A DNA stretch of 64,000 bases from the human T2T-CHM13v2.0 reference genome, Homo sapiens. A model generated the notes under the pieces. The model was not told where the DNA came from, searched no databases, and saw only the letters and a list, made by a program, of their open reading frames with translations. Positions 1-28,561 of this stretch are shown one piece after another (position 1 is the stretch's first letter; each line of letters begins with the position of its first letter). A program made the position numbers and the translations under genes. Location of the stretch: assembly GCF_009914755.1 (NCBI RefSeq), contig NC_060947.1; one strand, written 5' to 3'.

Positions 1-900
1 CCCAACCTCAGGCATTTACAGGAAGACATTTTGGAGCTACGATCTCTCCTTAGACCCCCCCACCACCGCCTCCCGGCTACTGCAAGATCCCGCTTGCAGG
101 TTCGGTTCGGCTTGAGCAGGCCCGACCCCTACCTGCGGCAGGGTTAGTGCAAAGGCTACAAGCCTAGAACTGCAGACAGCGACGGCCCCGCGCTCCTTCT
201 CTACCTCCCTCCCTAGCAGCCGGGACAGGGGTCGCGGCCCCTTTAAATGGCAGCGCCGCTCGCAGCGCCCAGCGCTCTGCACCAGGCGGGCGGGCGGTGC
301 CAGCAACCAACCCCATTGGCTGGCTCGAGGAGGGGGCTCGCGAGACAGCGCCGGCCCCCGGCGCGAGACTCCCAGTCCAGTGGCCGCCTGGAAATTGCGG
401 AGTGGAATGCAGCCACTAGAGACGGCGCCTGAGCCCCCGCCCGGGGCCCCGTTAGTTGAGAAGGAAAAGATAGCCTCTGGAGCTTTGAAGCCGGCCCCCC
501 GGGAAAGGCGGCGTCCCCTTTCCACCCAAGGGCCGAGTGCGCTCACCCACAAAAAACACAGATCTACGCACCTGCTCCCCTTACCTGGCTCAAGAGTCTG
601 GCCCCCGTCACACCCTGCTCGCCCTACCTCCTGGAGCCCACTCTACCCGTGATCCCCTCCTCTCATTCAAATGGTTCCCGGTCCCCTCCCCCTCCCCGTG
701 TCTCTCTTAGCTTCCCACTCGTGTTCACCCCCTCGGCGTCCGCCCCCCTCAATAGTCCCTACCTACGCCATGCAGCAGGCGCCTGCCAAGATTACCCTCC
801 CCCATCCCCACCTCTCCGGGTCCCGCCCCCTGGGCGACTGTTGGGGTAGTGAGTGACAGCGGAGGACGGGGGGAGGCAGGGACCCAGCCCTCACGTGCCC
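1..900. promoter_or_regulatory. ZMYM3: CpG-rich promoter region with minus-strand splice donors (probable alternative non-coding first exons of ZMYM3)
   Basis: High GC/CpG content; CCAAT (ATTGG ~315). Minus-strand donors CAG|GTAGGG (exon end 133) and CAG|GTAAGG (exon end 585). Gene name inferred from the known order ZMYM3(-)/NONO(+)/ITGB1BP2(+); no ZMYM3 coding sequence is in the window. Confidence 0.65.
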
Positions 901-1179
901 CTCCTTCCCTTGTCTGCAGCCACGGGGCCCCCAAAACAGTCTGAGAGTCAGAGTTATGGGGTATCTGAAGCTTGATCCCCAGCCACACAGGTCGGGTTAA
1001 ATGGCTCTGGCTCAGTGGCAACGCCTGTGCAGTAACCGTTACTGCTTGATGACCCCCAAACCAGGTCCTGCAAAGCTACCCCCTACTCTCTCAACAGTCT
1101 TAGGGTAAGTTCTGGGATCTTCTCCCTGAGTCTTCCTGCAGGAGCTCCCTGTATTATCTATGGAGTTTTCCTCCCTCAC

Positions 1180-1186
1180 CAGGGCT

Positions 1187-1251
<65 letters not shown>

Positions 1252-1395
1252 CTCTCTCTCTCTTTCTCCTCCAGCCCCCTTTCTGTCCTTGTCTGTCTCT
1301 CTCTTCTCGCTCTCTCTCTCTCTCTCCCCCTATCTCTTTTTGTCTCCTTCTCTGCCTCTCTGCTTCTCGTGCGCACGAGCACGCAGGCGCGCTAC
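1180..1395 (-). other. ZMYM3: Probable non-coding first exon of ZMYM3 containing the GA repeat
   Basis: Minus-strand donor CTG|GTGAGG at 1180/1179; GA-rich exon body; NRF1-like GCGC motifs at ~1369-1392. The 5' limit is approximate. Confidence 0.55.
1189..1246. repeat. (TC)29/(GA)29 microsatellite followed by a degenerate CT-rich tract to ~1367
   Basis: Counted directly from the sequence. Confidence 0.97.
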
Positions 1396-2159
1396 ACGCT
1401 CCCCCCTCCTGGATGGTCCTTAGCATGTGGGTGTGGCTGAGGTTAGGCTAGAGAAGTGGAGTAGGGGTAGGTGGCACTAGCGTTAAGCCTACTGCCTTTA
1501 AAAAATTGTGCCAGCATCCATTCTCAGTCCGCATTATATTAATAGTTAGAGCACTTTACAATCCCCGCTCCCCACTTCCCACCACAGCCCCTAAGGGCTG
1601 AGAGCATTTAGTAGCCGAACTACTAGAGGAGGCTCAGGCTGGAAGGAAGTCTCCTTAGGAACAGGAAGGTTTGGTATCCAGTGCCTATTCTAGCCTGCCT
1701 CGTTGACTTCTGGCCTCTCCTCCTGGCCACACAAAGCCTCTCCTGCTCTTGTAGTCCTCGGGAGTTTACCCTCCCTTTTCTCATTCCTTTTCCCAGAAAC
1801 CTTATCCTTGCTAGCTCCCCACATGGCCTTGAGGTTATCTTTGCTCCCTCCTACATACAGAGATAAAAGCCAGAGTTTCTTACTTTTAGATTTCCCAAAT
1901 CCAGCTTTCTCTTTGTCTTAACCAGCATTCTGTGTACCCATCTCCTACCTCCTGTTTATTTCTATTCCTGGACCTCCCCTTTGCATTTTCTGCTTGTTCC
2001 ATCTCAGTTGAGCCACCTAGTTTTTTCTGTATTGCCTGCCTTCCTCAACATATACTTGAATCCTTGGCTGCTCTGCTTGTGGAGGTGCCTGGTCACTATC
2101 TTTCAAGTTGAGGGGAGCTGATCTAACGGGGTTAAGTGGTGTGTTATTAATTCTAGACG

Positions 2160-2290
2160 CAGTGTGGTGGCCTAAGAATGGGTTCTGGAGTCAGACCAGA
2201 TTTCTAATATCAGTTCTGCCTACTTTTTAGCCAGGTGACTTTGGACAAGTGACTTGTCAAGTGAAGGGCCTTAGTTTTCTCCTCTTTAAA
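2160..2290 (+). mobile_element. MIR SINE fragment
   Basis: Resembles the MIR core (TCTGGAGTCAGAC ... GTGACTTTGGACAAGTGACTT ... AGTTTTCTC). Confidence 0.6.
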
Positions 2291-2374
2291 ACAGATAAGG
2301 AAACAATCTAAATGCCCAATAATAGGGGATTTTGGTTATGCAACAGACGTAGTCATTAACAACCACATTTTAAG

Positions 2375-2660
2375 TCTGGCGCAGTGACTCACGCCTGTAA
2401 TCCTGGCACTTTGGGATGCCAAGACGGTTGGATCCTTTGAGCCCGGGAGTTCCAAACCAGCCTGAGCAACATGGTGAAACCCCTTCTCTACAAAAAATAC
2501 AAAAAATTAGCAAGGTGTGCTGGTGTGCACCTGTAGTCCCAGCTACTCAGGAGGCGGAGGTGTGAGGATCACTTGAGCTGGGAGGCAGAAATTGCAGCGA
2601 GCTCAGATGGCGCCACTGCACTCCAGCCCGGGGCGACAGACGAGGGCTCTGTCTCAAACC
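2375..2660 (+). mobile_element. Alu (older subfamily)
   Basis: Dimeric Alu with A-rich linker and tail. Confidence 0.9.
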
Positions 2661-2714
2661 AAACAAAACAAAACCCCACATTAAAAAAACAAAAACAAAA
2701 AACAACTAATGGCA

Positions 2715-3263
2715 GACAGCACAGAGGATTTTTACGGTAGCGAAAATACTCTCATGATACTGTAATAGTGGATACTTGTAAGTATACATTTGTTCAAAGA
2801 TACAGAATGTAAACACCAAGGGTGAACTAACTCTAATGTAAACCGCAGGCTTTGGTTAGTAATGATGTGTTAATGTAGGTTCATCGATTTTAACAAATTT
2901 ACCACTCTGATAGGGATGTTGGTAGTCAGGGGAGCCGTGACTGCATGGGGGAAGGAGGTATATGGGACTCTCCGGACCTACCTGTCAGTTTTGCTGTGAA
3001 ACTAAAATTGCTCTTAAAAAATAAAATCTTTATTTAAAAAAATTAAAACCCATAGAATGTACAACACCAAAAGGAAGCCCTTATGTAAACTATGGCCTTT
3101 GGTTGATAATGTGTCACTGTATATTCATCACTGCAAGAAATTTACCACTCTGGACAGGATGTTGATAGGGAGGCTGTGTCTGTGTGTGGAGAGGGGTACA
3201 AAGGACTCTTGATACTTTCAGCTCAATTTTGCAGTGATGCCAAAACTGCTCTAAAAAATAAAG
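2715..3263 (+). mobile_element. Old L1 (L1MC-like) 3' UTR end, terminal part present twice in tandem
   Basis: Two diverged blocks AGAATGTA..ACACCAA..ATGTAAAC..TTTACCACTCTG..AAAAAATAAA (~2804-3030 and ~3054-3263). Confidence 0.65.
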
Positions 3264-3264
3264 T

Positions 3265-10477
<7,213 letters not shown>

Positions 10478-11024
10478 TGTCAGGCCTCTGAGCCCAAGCT
10501 AAGCCATCATATCCCCTGTGACCTGCACGTATACATCCATATGGCCTGAAGCAACTGAAGATCCACAAAAGAAGTGAAAATAGCCAATTCCTGCCTTAAC
10601 TGATGACATCCCACCATTCCTGCCCCACCCTAACTAATCAATTGACTTTGTGACAATACTACCTCCCCGCCCTTGTGATAATGTACTTTGTGATATTCCC
10701 CCACCCTTGTGAATGTACTTTGTACGATATACCCTCCCCACCCTTGAGAAGGTACTTTGTAATATGCTCCCCTGCCCTTAAGAAGGTACTTTGTAATATT
10801 CTCCCCACCCTTGAGAATATACTTTGTAAGATCCACCCCCTACCTGCAAAAAATTGCTCCTAACTCCACTGCCTATCCCAAACCTATAAGAACTAATGAT
10901 AATCCCACCACCCTTTGCTGACTCCTTTTTCCGACTCAGCCCACCTGCACCCAGGTGAAATAAACAGCCTTGTTGCTCACACAAAGCGTGTTGCTGGACT
11001 CTCTTCACATGGACGTGCGTGACA
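10478..11024 (+). repeat. 5' LTR (LTR7 family)
   Basis: Starts TGTCAGGCCTCTGAGCCCAAG, internal ~32-bp tandem repeats, TATAA ~10885, AATAAA 10959-10964, ends GTGACA. Confidence 0.93.
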
Positions 11025-11026
11025 TT

Positions 11027-11044
11027 TGGTGCCGAAACCTGGGA
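11027..11044 (+). promoter_or_regulatory. Primer binding site complementary to tRNA-Phe
   Basis: TGGTGCCGAAACCTGGGA; the tRNA-Phe 3' end complement is TGGTGCCGAAACCCGGGA (1 mismatch at a CpG). Confidence 0.85.
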
Positions 11045-11523
11045 CAGGAGGACTCCTTCGGGAGACCAGTCCCCTGTCCTCACCCTCTGTGAGGAGATCC
11101 ACCTATGACCTCAGGTCCTCAGACCAACTAACCCAAGGAACATCTCACCAAATTCAAATCGGGTAAGCGGTCTTTTCACTCTCTTCTCCAACCTCTCTCG
11201 CTATCCCTCCACCCTTCAATCTCTCCCTTCCTTAATTTCGGTTCCTTTCCCTTTCTGGTAGAGACAGGAGATGCGTTTTATCCATGAACTCAAAACTCCG
11301 GCGCCGGTCACGGACTCGGGAAGACAGTCTTCCCTTGGTGTTTAATCACTGCGGGGATGCCTGCCTGATTATTCACCCACATTTCAGAGGTGTCTGATCA
11401 CTGCAGGGATGCCTGCCTTGATCCTCCACCTTGGTGGCAAGCACCACCTCCCCTGGGTGGCAAGTACCACCCCCCCACTCTGTGTCTCTACCCTCTCTTT
11501 TCTCTCGGCTTGCTGCCTTCACT

Positions 11524-13282
<1,759 letters not shown>

Positions 13283-15705
13283 GACAACATTCTTTTATGC
13301 ACTCTTTTTAGTTATCCCCACCTGCCCAGTTCCCTTATTAGGTCGAGGCATTTTAACTAAATTACCTGCTTCCCTGACTATTCCCAGGCTACAGCCACAC
13401 TTCATTGCAGCCCTTTTCCCCAGTTCAAAGCCTCCTTCGCATCCTCCCCTTGTATCTCCTCACCTTAATCCACAAGTATGGAACACCTCTACTCCCTCCT
13501 TGGTGACCTATCATGCACCCCTTACCATTCCATTAAAACCTAATCACCCTTACCCCACTCAATGCCAATATCCCATCCCACAGCATGCTTTAAAAGGATT
13601 AAAGCCTGTTATCATTCGCCTGCTACAGCATGGCCTTCTAAAGCCTATAAACTCTCCTTACAATTCCCCCATTTTACCTGTCCAAAAACCAGACAAGTCT
13701 TACAGGTTAGTTCAGGATCTGCATCTTATCAACCAAATTGTCTTGCCTATTCACCCCGTGGTTCTAAACCCATATACTCTCCTATCCTCAGTACTTCCCT
13801 CCACAACTCCTCCACAACCCATTATTCTGTTCTAGATCTCAAACTTGCTTTATTTACTATTAATTTGCACCCTTCATCCCAGCCTCTCTTCGCTTTCACT
13901 TGGACTGACCCTGACACCCATCAGTCTCGGCAACTTACCTAGAGTGTACTGCCGCAAGGCTTCATGGACAGTCCCCATTACTTCAGTCAAGCTCTTTCTC
14001 ATAATTTACTTTCTTTCCATCCATCTGCTTCTCAACTTATTAAATATTTTGATGACCTTCTACTTTATAGCCCCTCCTACAAATCTTCCCAACAGAACAC
14101 CCTCCTGCTCCTCCAACATCTATTCTCAAAAGGACATCGCACATCCCCCTCCAAAGCTCAAATTTCTTCCCCATCTGTTACCTACCTGGGCATAATTCTT
14201 CATGAAAACTTCCGTGTTCTCCCTGCCAATCATGTCCAGCTGATCTCTCAAACCCCAACCCCTTCTACAGAACAACAACTCCTTTCCTTCCTAGGCAGGA
14301 TTGGATACTTTCACCTTTGGATACCTGGTTTTGCCATCCTGACTAAACTCACAAAAGGAAACCTAGCTGACCCCGTAGATCCTAAATCCTTTCCCCACTC
14401 CTCTTTCCATTCCTTAAAAACAGCCTGAGAAGCTGCTCCCACACTAGCTCTCCCTAACTCATCCCAACCTTTTTTCATTAGACACAGCCAAAGTGCAGGG
14501 CTGTGCAGTTGGAATTCTTACACAAGAGCCAGGACAATGCCCTGTAGCCTTTCTGTCCAAACAACTTGACCTTACTGTTTTAGGCTGGCCCCCACATTAT
14601 TCCTGATACCACACCTGACCCCCATGACTGTATCTCTCTGATCCACCTGGCATTCACTGCATTTCCCCATATTTCCTTCTTTCCTGTCCCTCACCCTGAT
14701 CACACTTGGTTTATTGATGGTAGTTCTTCCAGGCCCAATCACCAATCACCATCAAAGGCAGGCTATGCTATAGTGTCTTCCACATCTATCACTGAGACTA
14801 CTGCTCTGCCCCCCTCCACTACCTCTCAGCAAGCCAAACTCATTGCCTTAACTCAGGCCCTCACTCTTGCAAAGGGACTACATGTCAATATTTATACTGA
14901 CTCTAAATATGTCTTCCATATCCTGCACCACCATGCTGTTATATGGGCTGAAAGAGGTTTCCTTGCTATGCAGGGGTCCTCCATCATTAATGCCTCTTTA
15001 ATAAAAACTCTTCTCAAGGCCACTTTACTTCCAAAGGAAGCTAGAGTCATTCACTGCAAAGGCCATCAAAGGGCCTCAGACCCCATTGCTCAAGGCAACA
15101 ATTATGCTGATAAGACAGCTAAAGAAGCAGCCAGTATACCTACTTCTGTCCCTCACTGCCAGGTTTTCTCTTTCTCATCAGTCACTCCTACTTACTCTCC
15201 CACTGAAGTTTCCACCTATCAATCCCTCCCCACTCAAGGCAAATGGTTCTTGGACCAAGGAAAATACCTCCTTCCAGCCTCACAGGCCCATTCTATTCTG
15301 TCGTCATTTCATAACCTCCTCCATGTAGGTTACAAGCCGCTAACCTGTCTCTTAGAACCTCTCATTTCCTTTCCATCGTGCAAATCTATTCTCAAGGAAA
15401 TCACTTCTCAGTATTCCATCTGCTATTCTACTACTCCTCAGGGATATCTCAGGCCCCCTCCCTTTCCTACACATCAAGCTCAGGGATTTGCCCCTGCCCA
15501 GGACTGGCAAATTGACTTTACTCACATGCCCTGAGTCAGGAAACTAAAATACCTCTTTGTCTGGGTAGACACTTTCACTGGATGGGTAGAGGCCTTTCCC
15601 ACAGGGTCTGAGAAGGCCACCACAGTCATTTCTTCCCTTCTGTCAGACATAATTCCTTGGTTTGGCCTTCCCACCTCTATACAGTCCAATAACGGACCGG
15701 CCTTT

Positions 15706-16366
15706 TCTTTTTTCCTCCAATTTAAAACCTTTAATTGAAAAGTAAACTTTAATATCGAAAATGCAAACATGGGGAAGGCAGAAAGATCACACACACAAGG
15801 CTGTCACTTCACACTTGGAGGGTTGCACAGTGGCCAGGCAGAGGCACTCCTCACTTCCCAGATGGTGGGCAGCCAGGCAGAGGTGCTCCTCACTTCCCAG
15901 TCAGTTGGGTGGCCGGGCAGATGGGCTCCTAGCTTCCCAGAAGGTTGGCGGCCAGGAAGAGGTGCTCCTCTCTTCCCAGACAGGGCGGCGACCAGAGAGA
16001 GGCACTCCTCACTTGCCAGACAGCGTGGTAGCCAGGCAGAGGCGCTCCTCACATCCCAGACGGTGGGGGTGGGGAGCCTGGGCAGAGGCGCTCCTCATTT
16101 GCTAGACAGGGCGGCAGCCGGGCAGAGGTGCTCCTCACTTTCCAGATGGGTGGCAGCTGGGCGGCAGCTGGGCAGAGGTGCTCCTCACTTCCCAGACAGT
16201 GGGGCAGCCAGGCAGAGGTGCTCCGCCCTTCCCAGATGGTGGGCAGCCGGGCAGAGGCGCTTCTCACATCCTAGACAGGGCGGTGGCTGGTCAGAGGCAC
16301 TCCTCACTTCCCAGATGGCGGGCAGCTGGGCAGAGGTGCTTCTCATATCCCAGACGGTGGGCAGCC
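15706..16366 (-). mobile_element. SVA2-like retroposon (SVA-type VNTR plus unique 3' tail) inserted in HERV-H integrase
   Basis: ~40-bp GC-rich units (GGCAGAGGCGCTCCTCACTTCCCAGACGG-like), ~120-bp unique tail with minus-strand ATTAAA and an A-rich end, no SINE-R, 13-bp TSD CGGACCGGCCTTT (15693-15705 / 16367-16379). Confidence 0.8.
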
Positions 16367-17322
16367 CGGACCGGCCTTTATTAGTCAAATCAACCAAGCA
16401 GTTTGCCAGGCTCTTGGTATTCAGTGGAACCTTCATACCCCTTACCATCCTCAATCTTCAGGAAAGGTAGAACAGACTAATGGTCTTCTAAAGACACACC
16501 TCACCAAACTCAGCCTTCAACTTAAAAAGGACTGGACAGTACTTTCACTACTTGCCCTTCTCAGAATTCAGGCCTGTCCTCGGGATGCTGCAGGGTGCAG
16601 CCCATTTGAGCTCCTGTATGGATGCTCCTTTTTATTAGGCCCCAGTCTCATTCTAGACACCAGCCCTCTAGTTGATTATCTTCCAGTCCTCCAGCAGACT
16701 AGACAGGAAATTCGCCAGGCTGCTAATCTTCTCTTGCCTACTCCAGATTCCCAGCCATATGAAGACACCCTAGCTGGACGATCAGTTCTTGTTAAGAATC
16801 TGACCCCTTAAACTCTACAACCTTGATGGACTGGACCCTACTTAGTCATCTATAGTACCCCAACTGCCGTCCACCTGCAGGACCCTCCCCTTGGGTTCAC
16901 TGTTCCAGAATAAAGCTGTGTCCGTTGGACAGCCTGATCTCTCCTCTTCCTCCTGGAAGTTGCAAGTACTCTCCTCTACTTCCCTTAAACTCACATTTCT
17001 GAAGAACAGTAATAACCCTGATAAGCCTAATACATCCTTTCATTTTTATTAGGTCTCTTCTTCCTTACCCTACTCTTTACAATAGGGCTTTACGCAGTCA
17101 CCCCCCACTAATTGGACTGCACCACAAAAACTTGTCATCCCTACTATCTTCTGGCTAGTCATACTCCTATTCACCATTCTAAACTACTCGTAAATGCCCT
17201 GCCCTTGTTTACACTGCCAGTTTACACTTTTCCTCCAAACCATCGTAGCGGATATCTCCTGGTACTATCCCCAATCCTCCACTCTTGACTCCCTCTTGGA
17301 GTGGATGGATGATCTTTGCTGA

Positions 17323-17680
<358 letters not shown>

Positions 17681-17807
17681 TACTTTTATACTCACTTATT
17701 CTCATTCCTGTTCTTATGCCACCCTCTACTCTCCCCAGCTATCTCTACCACACTATCAATATCACTCACTCTCTCCTAGCCGTTTCTAATCCTTCTTTAA
17801 CAAACAA

Positions 17808-18164
17808 TTGCTGGCTTTGCCTTTCTCTTTCCTCCAAAATCACCGAGGCCTCGACTTACTCATTGCTAAAAAAAGGGGACTCTGTATATTTTTAAATGAA
17901 GAGTGTTGTTTTTACCTAAATCAATCTGGCCTGGTGTATGACAACATAAAAAAACTCAAGGATAGAGCCCAAAAACTCACCAACCAAGCAAATAATTACA
18001 CTGAACCCCCTTGGGCACTCTCTAATTGGATGTCCTGGGTCCTCCCAATTCTTAGTCCTTTAATACCTGTTTTTCGCCTTCTCTTATTCAGACCTTGTGT
18101 CTTCCGTTCAGTTTCTCAGTTCATACAAAATTGCATCCAGGCCATCACCAATCATTCTATATGA
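17808..18164 (+). pseudogene. HERV-H env transmembrane remnant
   Basis: Immunosuppressive domain LQNHRGLDLL, CX6CC motif CIFLNEECC, hydrophobic anchor. Confidence 0.88.
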
Positions 18165-18389
18165 CAAATGCTCCTTCCAACAATCCCACAATATCACCCC
18201 TTACCCCAAAATCTTTCTTCAGTTTAATCTCTCCCACTCTAGGTTCCCATGCCACCCCTAATCCCATTCGAAGCAGCCCTGAGAAACATTGCCCATTATC
18301 TCTCCATACCACCCCCAAAAAACGTTCGCCACCCCAACACTTCAACACCATTTTGTTGTGTTTTTCTTATTAATATAAGAAGACAGGAA

Positions 18390-18929
18390 TGTCAGGCCTC
18401 TGAGCCCAACTAAGCCATCATATCCCCTGTGACCTGCACGTATACATCCATATGGCCTGAAGCAACTGAAGATCCACAAAAGAAGTGAAAATAGCCAATT
18501 CCTGCCTTAACTGATGACATTCCACCATTCCTGCCCCACCCTAACTGATCAATTGACTTTGTGACAATACACCCTCCCCGCCCTTGTGATAATGTACTTT
18601 GTGATATTCCCCCACCCTTGTGAATGTACTTTGTACAATACACCCTCCCCACCCTTGAGAAGGTACTTTGTAATATGCTCCCCCACCCTTAAGAAGGTAC
18701 TTTGTAATGTTCTCCCCACCCTTTGTACTTTGTAAGATCCACCCCCTGCCTGCAAAAAATTGCTCCTAACTCCACTGCCTATCCCAAACCTATAAGAACT
18801 AATGATAATCCCACCACCCTTTGCTGACTGCCTTTTGGACTCAGCTTGCCTACACCCAGGTGAAATAAACAGCCTTGTTGCTCACACAAAGCCTGTTTGT
18901 GGACTCTCTTCACACAGACGCATGTGACA
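18390..18929 (+). repeat. 3' LTR (LTR7 family)
   Basis: Near-identical to 10478-11024 and preceded by a polypurine tract. Confidence 0.93.
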
Positions 18930-23490
<4,561 letters not shown>

Positions 23491-23684
23491 TTCACTTATA
23501 GTCCTTAAAGCAGAGTGTTGCAGACTGGGCCATTCACTTTTTCTTGATTGATATTTCTTATGTATCTAGTTACTCATTATTTATTGAGGACAGAAATCCT
23601 TAGTATTGATAAAACCCAATTATCATGTTCGAAAGTATTCAAATAGTATGTAATTGATAATGATACTTAGAAAAAATGGCCCCT

Positions 23685-24905
<1,221 letters not shown>

Positions 24906-24939
24906 GTCTTTTTTTTTTTTTTTTTTAACTTTAGTTTTC

Positions 24940-25445
24940 TCATTCCCTTATGCCCTCAGCTTCCACTACCAACGTTAGGTTGACAACTCACACATTGTCT
25001 ATGTCGACAATCCAGACCTCTATTTTGACATTTAGACCTACATTTCAATGGGCTTATAGCCAATTACATGTTATCTCCACCCGGACATTCTGCATACACT
25101 TAAACTCAACATGACCAAAACTGCACTGATTGACTTTCACCAAATCTTGCTCTTCTGCCTCTATTTACTATCCTGGTTAGTGGCACAACCAGACTTCCAG
25201 GCACCCAAATCAGAAACCTGGGAATCATTCTAGTCTTCTTCCATTCCTTACCCCCTACATTTAACTGGTTATTAAGTTCCCTTGATCCTACCTTCTAAAT
25301 ATCTGAATCTGGTTTCCTTTTCTTTACCCCTAAAACCACTGCCGTAGTTCAGTACTTCCTGGTCTCTTACCTGAATTATCATCATTGTATCCTAATTGGT
25401 GTCCCTATCTCCTAGCATATCTCCTCCAATCTATTCTACACTCTG
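24940..25445 (+). mobile_element. L2 LINE remnant
   Basis: Resembles L2 (CTTAAACTCAACATGACCAAAACTG; CAGAAACCTGGGAATCATTCT). Confidence 0.6.
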
Positions 25446-25457
25446 TTCCCAGGGTTA

Positions 25458-25902
25458 TATCCATGTCCTCTTCCCTGGAACCTATCAGTGTTAATTTATA
25501 TGGCAGAAAAGAAGGACTTTGCAGATATGATTAAGTTAAAGATCTTGAGATAGAGAGATTATCCAGGTGGGCCCTAAATGCAATGACAAATGTCCTGATA
25601 ACAGAGAGAGAAATTTGACACACAGAGACGAGGAGAGGGCCATGTGATGATGGAGGCAGAGACTGGAGTGAAAGGGCCACAAGCCAAGGAATGCCGGCAG
25701 CCACCAGAAGCCAGAAGAGACAAGAAACAGATTCTCCCCTAGAGCCTCTAGAAGGAATATGCCCCTACCAACACCTTGATTTCATCTCAGTGATAATGAT
25801 TTCAGACTTCTGTCCTCCAGAACTGTGAGAAAATATATTTCTCTTGTTTTAAGCCACCAAATTTGTGGTAATTTGTTACAACAGCCTCAGGAAACGAACA
25901 CA
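25458..25902 (+). mobile_element. MLT1-family (MaLR) solo LTR
   Basis: GGACTTTGCAGAT..GATTAAGTTAA, CCACAAGCCAAGGAATGCC, CAGATTCTCCCCTAGAGCCTC, CCTCCAGAACTGTGAG, TTTAAGCCACC motifs; ends ACA. Confidence 0.85.
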
Positions 25903-26449
25903 GTGATTTTCTAAAATTCAATCCTATCACAGATGGAAAAAATGATTTTCTCTGTCTCTGTGTCTCTGTCTCTATATATCTATCATTCCATCTATATATT
26001 TATGTATCTATATATGTATGTATGTATGTATGTATCTATCTATCTATCTATCTATGTGTGTGTATACCTGGAAGAAAAAAATACCAAAATATTAAAAATT
26101 ATTTCTGGACAGTGGGATTATGATGATTTTTATTCTTCTGTGCATTTTCCAATTTTTCCCTCAAAGAGCATATATTACTTTTATAATCAGAAAAAGCAAT
26201 ATAAATTATTTTTTAAAACCCTTCAATGGCTCCCCATCACTGACAGATTAAAGTACAAACTTCTAAGCATAGCACAGGGCCTTAATTTTTTGGTCTTTGC
26301 CTATGTCTCTAGCCTAACTTCCTATCACTCAGCACCCCCACTTCTCTTCAGCCATGAAAAACTACCCAAAACATGTATCATTCTGCCTCTGACACTTTGC
26401 ACATTGACCTTTTTGACTTCATCCTCTTGGTCAAGAACCAATTCAGATC

Positions 26450-28560
<2,111 letters not shown>

Positions 28561-28561
28561 T

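Noticed and set aside
37-856. Several ORFs in the first kilobase
   Set aside because: GC-rich promoter sequence is stop-poor; no recognisable domain or exon phase chain.
1154-1426. RERERE / SLSLSL ORFs
   Set aside because: Direct translations of the GA/TC microsatellite.
14773-15534. 253-aa RNase H/integrase ORF as a functional domesticated gene
   Set aside because: Fragment bounded by stops, starts after the first RNase H catalytic Asp, and the integrase core is interrupted by a stop and the VNTR insertion.
15830-16366. CRISPR-like repeat array
   Set aside because: Degenerate tandem VNTR without unique spacers, in a primate genome with no cas genes.
15761-16470. 233-aa and overlapping repetitive ORFs
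   Set aside because: They arise from the stop-poor GC-rich VNTR of the SVA2-like insertion; no protein family signature.
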